Of a DNA stretch of 29,953 nt, positions 9,606 through 17,440 are shown piece after piece. The notes under the pieces were generated by a model. That model was not told the origin of the DNA. It searched no databases and saw nothing but the letters and a program-made list of their open reading frames with translations. The number at the start of each line of letters is the position of its first letter. The stretch's first letter is position 1. The position numbers were made by a program, and so were the translations under genes. The stretch comes from an uncultured Bdellovibrionales bacterium (lineage in GTDB: Bacteria > Patescibacteriota > Minisyncoccia > Moranbacterales > UBA1568), in NCBI GenBank assembly GCA_964531045.1, contig CAZHDL010000001.1, positions 3,828 through 33,780 of the forward strand. The letters run 5' to 3'.

Positions 9606-10607
9606 ATGCGGACGGCTTCTCATACATTTTTGCGGGCGCTTTCAGTCGGACTGATTGGCTTGCTGGCATTTTTTCTTCTGGCATTTTTTGCAGTGATGTT
9701 TTTTGCCAAAAGCAGCATGCATCAAGCAGGGAATGGCATGATGGATACTCTGGATTGGGAAAGAGGGACAATGGTATCTCAATCCGCACCGATGATGTTT
9801 GGAAAGGCTGATGGAATGCGGGAGGATGTCTGGAGGGGAGAGAATACGATGATGGTCAATATTGAAGCCAATGCCGAAAGTGTTTCTGAAAGAAAGCTGG
9901 CAAAAAATGGCAATCTTGATTTGCAGGTTGGAAGTGTCGATGAGACCCTGGTCAAGATAGACGGTATTGCAAAAGAAATGGGCGGCATGGTTTCGAGCTC
10001 TCATTTCAATCGTTCAGCCACCGGTACCAAGAGCGGTTCCGTGGAAGTACGGGTAGAAGTAGGGCGATTTGATGAAGCCTTTGCTCGTCTCAAGGAAGTG
10101 GCGGGAGTCGTCGTCTCGGAAGATGTGTCCGGTCGAGATGTCACCGAGCAGTTTATCGATCTCGAGGCTCGCATCAGAAACAAAAAAGCTGCCGAAGTGA
10201 CTCTACAGAGTCTGTTTGATCGAGCAGTGAAGATCAGCGACGTGATGGAGGTGACCGATAAGCTGGCGGTTGTTCGCAGCGAGATTGAGTTACTTGAAGG
10301 ACAGATGCGATACTTGAGCTCACAAACAGAATTGGCCACTATCTCGCTCTTTTTGACCGAAGATGTGACCGTCGTGGCTGATCAGAGTTTTCGTCCGACG
10401 CAAACAATCAAGCAGTCGGTGATGATGCTGTTTTCTCTGCTGGGAAGTTTCATCAAGGGTGTCATCATGCTTATCATACTGGGAGTGCCTATATTGCTTG
10501 CTTATGGGTTGGTGCTCTGGGTGTTGTATCGGATAGTCCGAGGTGCCCTGGTTCGCTACTGGCCTGGTATTCTTGAGGAGAAGCGTCGGTTGATTCGGAA
10601 GAAGTAA
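9606..10607 (+). CDS. DUF4349-like membrane protein
   Basis: N-terminal TM; ERKLAKNGNLDLQV...VRVEVGRFDEAFARL...DVTEQFIDLEARI...LATISL; C-terminal TM helix, as in DUF4349 proteins. Confidence 0.82.
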   Translation: MRTASHTFLRALSVGLIGLLAFFLLAFFAVMFFAKSSMHQAGNGMMDTLDWERGTMVSQSAPMMFGKADGMREDVWRGENTMMVNIEANAESVSERKLAKNGNLDLQVGSVDETLVKIDGIAKEMGGMVSSSHFNRSATGTKSGSVEVRVEVGRFDEAFARLKEVAGVVVSEDVSGRDVTEQFIDLEARIRNKKAAEVTLQSLFDRAVKISDVMEVTDKLAVVRSEIELLEGQMRYLSSQTELATISLFLTEDVTVVADQSFRPTQTIKQSVMMLFSLLGSFIKGVIMLIILGVPILLAYGLVLWVLYRIVRGALVRYWPGILEEKRRLIRKK

Positions 10608-10628
10608 AGAAGAGTCTTGTGGAAGAAG

Positions 10629-10663
10629 AAAACGTCTGAGAATTACTTCCTCAGGCGTTTTTT
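10629..10663 (+). terminator. Intrinsic terminator before leuS
   Basis: AAAACGTCTGAG / CTCAGGCGTTTT stem plus T tract. Confidence 0.75.
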
Positions 10664-10664
10664 C

Positions 10665-10693
10665 TTGAAAAAAAGGCTGGGATGCGCTAAGGT
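10665..10693 (+). promoter_or_regulatory. Probable leuS promoter, abutting the terminator T tract
   Basis: TTGAAA, 17 bp, TAAGGT; GAGGAGG downstream. Confidence 0.45.
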
Positions 10694-10714
10694 GAGGAGG
10701 TAAAACTGACCGAA

Positions 10715-13621
10715 ATGATCATGAAAAAGACCTACGATCCGAAGAAAATTGAGGGGAAGTGGCAGAAGGTCTGGGCCAAAGAGGGTATACCAAAAAAGAC
10801 CGGTACCAAAGGCAAAGGGAAATTCTATATTCTCGATATGTTTCCCTATCCATCGGGTGATGGTCTTCATGTGGGACACGTCGAGAATTTTACCGCCACG
10901 GATATCCTGGCTCGGTTCAAGCGATTTCAAGGGCACGACGTACTCCGGCCGATGGGGTGGGATGCCTTTGGCCTGCCGGCAGAGAATTTTGCTATCAAAA
11001 CCGGGATTCATCCCAAGATAAAAACGCTCCAATCTATCAAAAATTTCAAGCGGCAGATGCAGTCCATTGGGCTTTCGTATGATTGGAGTCGTGAGATCAA
11101 TACCTCGAGCCCAGAGTACTATCGCTTTACGCAGTGGATGTTTCTCTTTTTGTATAAAAATGGTCTGGCCTACAAGAAGAAGGCCAAAGTGAACTGGTGC
11201 GAATCCTGTCATACGGTACTTGCCAATGAGCAGGTGATTGATGGCAAGTGTGATCGCTCCGGCGACATCGTGATCCAAAAAGATCTGGAGCAGTGGTTTT
11301 TCAAAATTACTGATTTTGTCGAACCTACGACATCGCCAACAGGAAAAAAAGTGTCCGGGTTATTGTCCGGTCTCGACAAGATTGATTGGCCGGAATCCAC
11401 GAAGGCCGCGCAGCGGCACTGGATTGGTCGCTCCGAGGGGACAGAAGTCGTGTTCTATGTGGTTGATACAGAGGAAGAGGTGCGAGTATTTACGACGCGT
11501 CTCGATACTATCTATGGTTGCACCTATGTGGTCATCGCACCAGAACATAGCTTGATTGCAGATTTGAAATTGCAGATTGAAAATTGGATAGAAGTAGAAA
11601 AATATATTGCGACCACAAAGAAAAAGACTGATCTCGAGCGGACGGAGCTGAACAAGGACAAGACGGGTGTGTGTCTGCAGGGGATTGAAGTGGTGCATCC
11701 GTTTACGGGAGAACGTCTGCCGGTCTATGTCGCGGACTATGTTCTCGGAACCTATGGCACCGGGGCAGTCATGGGTGTGCCGGCGCATGATGAGCGCGAC
11801 TTTGCTTTTGCCAAGAAATATGAACTTCCCATGCTGCATACCATTGCTCCCTATATTGAAATGGGTGGAGCATGTACGCCAAGAAAGGATAAGAAAACTG
11901 CTTCTCGTGATTGTGCTACAGCTATCGTGTTGGACGAATCTGGTAAACGGATTTTGCTTTTGCGCCGCAAGAAAGGCGGTACGTATGTTTTTCCGGGTGG
12001 TGGTATTGAAGAGGGAGAAACCTCCGAAGAAGCTATTTTTCGAGAGATTAAAGAAGAGACTGGTTATCAAAATTTTACCTTGGAAGCATTGGCTATCCCG
12101 GTGCTATACGGACGAGGCTTTAAACCACATAAGGATGTGAATTGTTTTGATAGTGATAGAATCTTTGTGGCTCAGTTGATTAATCAGGAAAAGTTAGAGA
12201 TCGCTCAAGATGAGCATGAAACACACGAAATTTTCTGGGAGGAGACGTCGAAATTAGTAGGAAAACCTGATTTGGCTGAGCATCACGAATTTATTTGGAA
12301 GGTTTTTTCTGAGAAAGAAAAAGTATATACGGAAGATGGGATTTTGTATGATTCGAAAGAATTCTCAGGGTTGACGTCGAAAGAAGCTCGAGAAAAAATG
12401 ACGGCGTGGCTCCGGAAAGAAAAACTTGGCAAGAAAGTGGTGAACTACCGTCTGCGCGATTGGCTTATCTCGCGTCAGCGGTACTGGGGCGCGCCCATTC
12501 CGATTATCTCCTGTGACAGCTGTGGTACTGTACCGGTGACGGAGAAGGATCTCCCTGTGAAACTGCCAACGGATGTAGACTTTCGTCCGACCGGAGAGTC
12601 GCCACTCGTCCGTTCCAAGAGTTTCCATAAAGTGAAGTGTCCACAGTGCGGCAAGAAAGCCAGGCGTGAGAGTGACACCATGGACACGTTTGTCTGTTCG
12701 AGCTGGTACTATCTGCGTTTTGCTGATCCTCACAATGAAAAGGTGTTTGCCTCGAAAAAGGCTTTGGAAAAATACCTCCCGGTTGATTTCTATATGGGTG
12801 GTGCCGAACACACGGTACTGCACCTGCTCTATGCGCGCTTTTTTACCAAGGCACTCATGAAGTATGGGCAAGTGGAGTTCGACGAGCCGTTTCAAAAACT
12901 GCGTCACCAGGGGATGATTTTGGCGCCGGATGGCAACAAGATGTCGAAGTCCAAAGGGAATGTCATCAATCCTGATCAGATGGTCGCCGAATTTGGAGCG
13001 GACAGTCTCCGTCTCTATGAGATGTTTATGGGGCCACTGGATGAAATGAAGGCCTGGAATACGGGCAGTATTATCGGGGTACGACGGTTCTTGGAGAAGG
13101 TATGGAAATTGGAGTCAAAAGTGAAAAGTGAAAAGTTAAAAGGACAAATCAAAAGTGATACTTTGGAAAGTCTCGTGCATCGGACGATAAAGAAAGTGAC
13201 AGAGGATATTGAAGAATTGAAATTCAATACGGCTATCAGTGCTCTCATGATTCTCGTGAACGAGATGGAAAAGGCCCCTTCACTACCAGCTGCCAGCTAC
13301 CAGCTGCTCTTGATCCTTCTCAGTCCATTCGCTCCACATATCGCCGAAGAACTGTGGGCGCAGTCGGGAGAAAAGAAGTCTATTTTTCTTGCGCCATGGC
13401 CGAAATATGATGCCAAGAAAATCGTGGCTGAAACAGTGAATGTGGCGGTGCAGGTGAATGGCAAAGTGCGTGCTGTTATTGCTATACAGAGTGGCACGAG
13501 CGAAGAGGATGTAAAGACTCAGGCGCTTGCCGATACCAATGTTAAACTTCATCTTGCCGACAAAACCGTCCGCAAGGTTATCTACGTGCCTGGAAAAATC
13601 GTCAGTATCGTGGTGGGTTGA
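10715..13621 (+). CDS. leuS: Leucine--tRNA ligase with an inserted Nudix hydrolase domain
   Basis: MFPYPSG, HVGH (HIGH), CP1 editing region (FTTRLDT, GTGAVMGVPAHDERD), DWLISRQRYWG, KMSKS, C-terminal AVQVNGK. Nudix box GGGIEEGETSEEAIFREIKEETG at about 11996-12064. Confidence 0.98.
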   Translation: MIMKKTYDPKKIEGKWQKVWAKEGIPKKTGTKGKGKFYILDMFPYPSGDGLHVGHVENFTATDILARFKRFQGHDVLRPMGWDAFGLPAENFAIKTGIHPKIKTLQSIKNFKRQMQSIGLSYDWSREINTSSPEYYRFTQWMFLFLYKNGLAYKKKAKVNWCESCHTVLANEQVIDGKCDRSGDIVIQKDLEQWFFKITDFVEPTTSPTGKKVSGLLSGLDKIDWPESTKAAQRHWIGRSEGTEVVFYVVDTEEEVRVFTTRLDTIYGCTYVVIAPEHSLIADLKLQIENWIEVEKYIATTKKKTDLERTELNKDKTGVCLQGIEVVHPFTGERLPVYVADYVLGTYGTGAVMGVPAHDERDFAFAKKYELPMLHTIAPYIEMGGACTPRKDKKTASRDCATAIVLDESGKRILLLRRKKGGTYVFPGGGIEEGETSEEAIFREIKEETGYQNFTLEALAIPVLYGRGFKPHKDVNCFDSDRIFVAQLINQEKLEIAQDEHETHEIFWEETSKLVGKPDLAEHHEFIWKVFSEKEKVYTEDGILYDSKEFSGLTSKEAREKMTAWLRKEKLGKKVVNYRLRDWLISRQRYWGAPIPIISCDSCGTVPVTEKDLPVKLPTDVDFRPTGESPLVRSKSFHKVKCPQCGKKARRESDTMDTFVCSSWYYLRFADPHNEKVFASKKALEKYLPVDFYMGGAEHTVLHLLYARFFTKALMKYGQVEFDEPFQKLRHQGMILAPDGNKMSKSKGNVINPDQMVAEFGADSLRLYEMFMGPLDEMKAWNTGSIIGVRRFLEKVWKLESKVKSEKLKGQIKSDTLESLVHRTIKKVTEDIEELKFNTAISALMILVNEMEKAPSLPAASYQLLLILLSPFAPHIAEELWAQSGEKKSIFLAPWPKYDAKKIVAETVNVAVQVNGKVRAVIAIQSGTSEEDVKTQALADTNVKLHLADKTVRKVIYVPGKIVSIVVG

Positions 13622-13640
13622 AAGAAGATCATACAGGGTT

Positions 13641-13699
13641 AAAAGTTGAAAGTTATAAAGTTGAAAGTTTATAAAGTGGAAGGTTGAAAGTAGGAAAGT
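13641..13699. repeat. Left 7-nt-periodic arm flanking the cassette array
   Basis: GAAAGTT-type units; 13641-13661 AAAAGTTGAAAGTTATAAAGT is the exact reverse complement of 15466-15486. Confidence 0.85.
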
Positions 13700-13714
13700 C
13701 CTTAGATTCAGGAT

Positions 13715-13747
13715 AAAGAAAAAGCCCCGGCGCAGTTGTGCGCAGGG
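13715..13747 (-). terminator. Terminator of cassette C
   Basis: Minus strand CCCTGCGCACAACTGCGCCGGGGCTTTTTCTTT. Confidence 0.8.
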
Positions 13748-13775
13748 ACAAGAGTTATCGATGAGGTGTTCGTCT

Positions 13776-14114
13776 CTAGAGAGAGGGCGGGATGCTCACT
13801 CGGTGGATGAAACAGAGGTAGAAGGTCGTGGCCACGAAGGTGGTGAAGCCCACCTCGAATTGATGATCAGTGATCCACCCATCTGGTCGGCACTCAGAGA
13901 CCGCATCGGTCATCAAGAGGACACAGAGACTGGCACAGCCACCGAGCAGGCCAGTCACCATGAGCTTGGTCACGCCAATCCCGAGCAGATGCGCGAGAGG
14001 CGCTTGAGCACCCAATTCATGGAAGCCGACAGCAAGGATCATGAGAAGTGTCATCGTGGCAAAACTGCAGAACGATGGTTCGTTGCTGTTGCGAGCGAGA
14101 GATTGGCTGGTCAT
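13776..14114 (-). CDS. Small hydrophobic membrane protein (112 aa, about 3 TM), cassette C
   Basis: GGAG RBS before ATG 14114 (MTSQSLARN...); three hydrophobic stretches; own promoter and terminator. Confidence 0.65.
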   Translation of the reverse strand: MTSQSLARNSNEPSFCSFATMTLLMILAVGFHELGAQAPLAHLLGIGVTKLMVTGLLGGCASLCVLLMTDAVSECRPDGWITDHQFEVGFTTFVATTFYLCFIHRVSIPPSL

Positions 14115-14174
14115 GGCAGGCTCCAGGGTAAGTGTGCCATTGGGCACGGGTTTGGTAAGGCACTGTAACGAAAA

Positions 14175-14203
14175 ATGATAGCGCCTCTCTGTATAAAAGT
14201 CAA
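14175..14203 (-). promoter_or_regulatory. Promoter of cassette C
   Basis: Minus strand TTGACT, 17 bp, TATCAT. Confidence 0.75.
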
Positions 14204-14231
14204 GAAAAAAGCCCCGGCGTTGCGCGGGGCG
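14195..14231. repeat. 37-bp exact direct repeat, copy 1 (terminator fused to the next -35)
   Basis: AAAAGTCAAGAAAAAAGCCCCGGCGTTGCGCGGGGCG, identical to 14697-14733. Confidence 0.95.
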
Positions 14232-14241
14232 GGGTCTCGAC

Positions 14242-14382
14242 CTACCTCTTGGGGAGGCGCGAGGCGAGGAGGAGTCCTCCGATGACGACGAGGACCAGTC
14301 CCAAGATAAGTACTCCGGTGTCCGAAGTTTTGAGAATGGCCAGGCCTATCGAGGCAATGAAAAACCCCAGAGTGATTCTCAT
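14242..14382 (-). CDS. Small two-TM protein (46 aa), cassette B gene 2
   Basis: MRITLGFFIASIGLAIL...ILGLVLVVIGGLLLASRLPKR; ATGA start/stop overlap with the upstream gene at 14379-14382. Confidence 0.68.
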   Translation of the reverse strand: MRITLGFFIASIGLAILKTSDTGVLILGLVLVVIGGLLLASRLPKR

Positions 14383-14630
14383 AGGCAGCGTTTTCGTTTT
14401 GCTCGGTGAAAAAGGACAACGCCGGCAAGAGTCACCGCCAGTCCGACCAGGGTACCGAAGCCGTTGATGGCCAGGATGGGAGATGTCCCTGCGAGGGCAA
14501 TCATCTTGAGGCCAAGCAGGCTGACGGCAATCCCAAGAGCGAGGGAAAGGCACAGCCTTAGGGTGGTTAGGATGGTGAGAAGCATCCTTTTGATCTGACA
14601 CCGGCAGTGTACCGGCCGACCGCTAGACAT
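14379..14630 (-). CDS. Small two-TM protein (83 aa), cassette B gene 1
   Basis: GAAGGG RBS before ATG 14630 (MSSGR...LALGIAVSLLGL...VGLAVTLAGVVLFHRAKRKRCL). Confidence 0.68.
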   Translation of the reverse strand: MSSGRPVHCRCQIKRMLLTILTTLRLCLSLALGIAVSLLGLKMIALAGTSPILAINGFGTLVGLAVTLAGVVLFHRAKRKRCL

Positions 14631-14676
14631 GGTGGTTCCCTTCGTGTTGAATTGACAAAGATCTTGGTAACGCGGA

Positions 14677-14705
14677 ATGGTAGCGTCTCTTGGTGCAAAA
14701 GTCAA
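14677..14705 (-). promoter_or_regulatory. Promoter of cassette B
   Basis: Minus strand TTGACT, 17 bp, TACCAT; boxA-like GATCTTTGTCAAT follows (14651-14663). Confidence 0.72.
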
Positions 14706-14733
14706 GAAAAAAGCCCCGGCGTTGCGCGGGGCG
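14697..14733. repeat. 37-bp exact direct repeat, copy 2 (terminator fused to the next -35)
   Basis: Identical to 14195-14231, 502 bp apart. Confidence 0.95.
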
Positions 14734-14757
14734 AGGGTTGAGGTCGGCCAACTTGAG

Positions 14758-14949
14758 TCAGTGGCCGTGGAAGCCCCTGAAGAAGAGTTTGGCTCCGCCC
14801 CAGATGAGCACGATACCAGCGACAACACCGGTGATATTCCAGGGAAAGTCAGGAATCAGTGCGAAGAGGGCAGTGGCAAGACCAGAAAACCAGATTAGTC
14901 CGCCAATGTACATGTATGCGGCATAGCGCGCAGCAGTTCCGTTGTTCAT
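14758..14949 (-). CDS. Small two-TM protein (63 aa), cassette A gene 2
   Basis: AAGGAG RBS; MNNGTAARY...IGGLIWFSGLATALF...VAGIVLIWGGAKLFF. Confidence 0.75.
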   Translation of the reverse strand: MNNGTAARYAAYMYIGGLIWFSGLATALFALIPDFPWNITGVVAGIVLIWGGAKLFFRGFHGH

Positions 14950-14979
14950 GTTGACTCCTTGCTCTGAAGAGCGTTGGGT

Positions 14980-15195
14980 TTAGGGCTTCTTGGGGAAGGC
15001 GTAGGCAATGAGGGCGCTGCCGGCTACCATCACAACCAGACCAAGAATGACGAACAGGTCCTGGCCAAGCGTGTCGGTACTCGTTGGTTGAGCAATCTTT
15101 ATCAGGATCGCCAAGCGACTGATATTGCCAGTTATGGTCACCGAGAGGCCAACGGAAAAAAGCATCAATCCGAAGGCAAACTTATTGCGGTTCAT
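14980..15195 (-). CDS. Small two-TM protein (71 aa), cassette A gene 1
   Basis: GAAAGG RBS; MNRNKFAFGLMLFSVGLSV...ILGLVVMVAGSALIAYAFPKKP. Confidence 0.75.
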   Translation of the reverse strand: MNRNKFAFGLMLFSVGLSVTITGNISRLAILIKIAQPTSTDTLGQDLFVILGLVVMVAGSALIAYAFPKKP

Positions 15196-15258
15196 GAAGA
15201 ACCTTTCGTGGTTGGTGTGCCAGTGGCACGGGATTGGTAAGGCAACTTGTAACCGTCC

Positions 15259-15287
15259 ATTATAGCAGAAAATACAGAAAAAGTCAA
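15259..15287 (-). promoter_or_regulatory. Promoter of cassette A (near consensus)
   Basis: Minus strand TTGACT, 17 bp, TATAAT. Confidence 0.85.
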
Positions 15288-15415
15288 TACCGCACCATTT
15301 CTGGCTCTATCTGGGTACATCTGTGTGCTGAAGAGTATTTGCCTCCGGCTTTCGTCTGCGGAATATCGCAATCTCTACTTGAAAAGGGTACGGGACAGGC
15401 GAGATGAATAAACAG

Positions 15416-15424
15416 TGCTAGAAT
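15416..15424 (+). promoter_or_regulatory. Extended -10 element upstream of glmS
   Basis: TGCTAGAAT about 105 nt upstream of the glmS ATG. Confidence 0.45.
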
Positions 15425-15455
15425 AGAGGTATCGGTCTAATTCAAAATTCGATAT

Positions 15456-15524
15456 TCAACTTTCCACTTTATAACTTTCAACTTTTCACTTGTTACTTTT
15501 AACTTTCCACATTTTTAACTTTCA
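15456..15524. repeat. Right 7-nt-periodic arm flanking the cassette array
   Basis: AACTTTC-type units; 15466-15486 is a perfect 21-bp inverted copy of 13641-13661. Confidence 0.85.
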
Positions 15525-15529
15525 CCCCT

Positions 15530-17398
15530 ATGTGTGGCATCGTTGGCTATATCGGCAGACGTGAGGCAAATGATCTGCTCATCGAAGGGCTTCATCGGCT
15601 GGAGTATCGGGGGTACGATTCGGCTGGGATTTCCATTCTTCACTCTGGAGAGAATCTAAAATCTAAAATCAAAAATCTAAAATCAAAGAATCATCTTGTG
15701 ACGGTACGGGCTCTTGGAAAAGTTGAGAATCTTGAAAAAAAGGTGGGAGAAAAAATGAAAGGGTCTGTGGGCATCGCTCATACTCGGTGGGCCACCCATG
15801 GCAAGCCGTCGGAGAAGAATGCTCATCCGCATACGGACTGTGCCGGTCAAATCGCACTCGTTCACAACGGTATTATCGAAAACTATAACGAGCTGAAGGA
15901 GGATCTCGTGAAACAGGGGCATCTCTTTGCGTCTGAGACGGATACGGAGGTAATCGCTCATCTGATCGAAGAACATTTGAAAGAGAAGGATGATTTTGAG
16001 GCGGCATTTACGGAGGCGCTCAAGCACCTGCGTGGGACGTACGGGATTGCAGCGGTGGCACTCTCTCAACCGAACAAACTCTTTGTGGCTCGGATGGGGA
16101 GTCCGCTTTTGATCGGAGTAGGGAAGGATGAGTATTTTGTCGCGTCCGATGTTTCTGCTGTACTCGCTCATACGAAACGCGTCGTGTATTTGGAAGATGG
16201 TGAACGAGCCGTCATCACTCGCGATGGCTATGTGGTCAAGTCCGGTAAGATCATTCAGAAAAAAACAGTTTCGGATGTGGAGTGGTCAGAAAAAGAAGCC
16301 AAGCGCGGTGGGTACCCACACTTCATGCTCAAGGAAATTTTTGATCAACCAGAGAGCTTTGCTGATGCTTTGCGGGGCCGATTGCTTCCGGATGAGGGTA
16401 CAGCTCGACTTGGCGGTTTGCGTGAAGTGGAGAAGCGTTTGGAGGGTATACGACGCATTGTGATTGTGTCGTGTGGTACGTCGTCGTATGCCGGCCTGGT
16501 GGGGAAGTACATGCTCGAAGAATATGCCGGGATTCCGGTCGAGGTCGAGGTGGCTTCAGAGTTTCGTTATCGTAAAATGATGCTCGATAAATACACGGCC
16601 GTGCTCGGTATTTCTCAGTCGGGTGAAACGGCTGATACACTGGCGGCACTGCGTGAGGCGAAAAAGAAAGGAGCGCTCACACTTGGTATTGTGAACACGG
16701 TCGGTTCGACTATCGCACGGGAGACCGATGCCGGAGTGTACAACCATGCCGGGCCGGAAGTGTCGGTGGCCTCGACAAAGGCGTTTACCTCGCAATTGGC
16801 CATTCTCGCTCTCCTCACCCTCTATCTGGGACGGAAGCGTGGGATGTCGCTCGTCACGGGACAGCGTATAGCGCGTGAGCTTTTGAAACTGCCACGACTG
16901 ATGGAGCGAATCTTTGTGCAATCGGGGACGATAAAAAAGCTGGCCAAGAAGTATGCTCATCGGAAAAACTACCTCTATCTGGGACGCAAGTACAATTTTC
17001 CTATCGCCCTTGAGGGGGCTATCAAGGTGAAAGAGATTGCCTATGTGTCAGCACAGGGGTATCCGACGGGCGAAATGAAGCACGGGCCAATTGCTCTGGT
17101 GGATAAGGATGCCTTGGCGCTCTTCATCATGCCGCTTGATAGCGTGTATGAAAAAAGTGTTAGTGGCCTTGAGGAAATCAAAGCCCGAGGAGGAACGGTG
17201 CTCGCCATTACCACCGAGGGGAACACGGCGCTTGAAAAAAAGGCGGATGCAGTGGTGTATATCCCGAAGACGCTCGAAATGCTGACACCGATACTGTCCG
17301 TCATTCCGCTCCAGCTCTTTGCGTACCATATGAGCGTAGCTCTGGGCTATGACGTGGATAGGCCACGGAACCTGGCGAAAAGTGTGACGGTGGAGTAG
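15530..17398 (+). CDS. glmS: Glutamine--fructose-6-phosphate aminotransferase (isomerizing)
   Basis: MCGIVG, LEYRGYDSAG, HTRWATHG, VHNGIIEN, SETDTEV, SQSGETADT, GEMKHGP, PRNLAKSVTVE. Confidence 0.99.
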   Translation: MCGIVGYIGRREANDLLIEGLHRLEYRGYDSAGISILHSGENLKSKIKNLKSKNHLVTVRALGKVENLEKKVGEKMKGSVGIAHTRWATHGKPSEKNAHPHTDCAGQIALVHNGIIENYNELKEDLVKQGHLFASETDTEVIAHLIEEHLKEKDDFEAAFTEALKHLRGTYGIAAVALSQPNKLFVARMGSPLLIGVGKDEYFVASDVSAVLAHTKRVVYLEDGERAVITRDGYVVKSGKIIQKKTVSDVEWSEKEAKRGGYPHFMLKEIFDQPESFADALRGRLLPDEGTARLGGLREVEKRLEGIRRIVIVSCGTSSYAGLVGKYMLEEYAGIPVEVEVASEFRYRKMMLDKYTAVLGISQSGETADTLAALREAKKKGALTLGIVNTVGSTIARETDAGVYNHAGPEVSVASTKAFTSQLAILALLTLYLGRKRGMSLVTGQRIARELLKLPRLMERIFVQSGTIKKLAKKYAHRKNYLYLGRKYNFPIALEGAIKVKEIAYVSAQGYPTGEMKHGPIALVDKDALALFIMPLDSVYEKSVSGLEEIKARGGTVLAITTEGNTALEKKADAVVYIPKTLEMLTPILSVIPLQLFAYHMSVALGYDVDRPRNLAKSVTVE

Positions 17399-17427
17399 TT
17401 GATTGAGGCTTTGAAATGGGGTAGAAT
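17399..17427 (+). promoter_or_regulatory. Promoter for the exonuclease-PAP2-folD cluster
   Basis: TTGATT, 17 bp, TAGAAT. Confidence 0.55.
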
Positions 17428-17440
17428 GAGATAACTTGAA

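Noticed and set aside
10608-10714. T-box leader for leuS
   Set aside because: Too short and lacks the GGTGGTACCGCG T-box; explained by a terminator plus promoter.
13692-13701. RNase P RNA signature (AGGAAAGTCC)
   Set aside because: It is part of the GAAAGT 7-mer arm; no downstream RNase P conserved regions and no room before the terminator.
13761-15240. Plus-strand ORFs 13761-14168, 14249-14467, 14677-14898 and 14974-15240
   Set aside because: Antisense shadows of the minus-strand cassette genes, which have the promoters, RBSs, terminators and TM patterns.
13715-15287. Classical integron cassette array
   Set aside because: No tyrosine integrase; junctions lack RYYYAAC...GTTRRRY attC cores (GTTACAA/GTTACAG/GTTACCA do not fit); every unit has its own promoter and terminator.
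15290-15529. glmS ribozyme upstream of glmS
   Set aside because: The conserved AGCGCC...ACT and GACGAGG core elements are not present.
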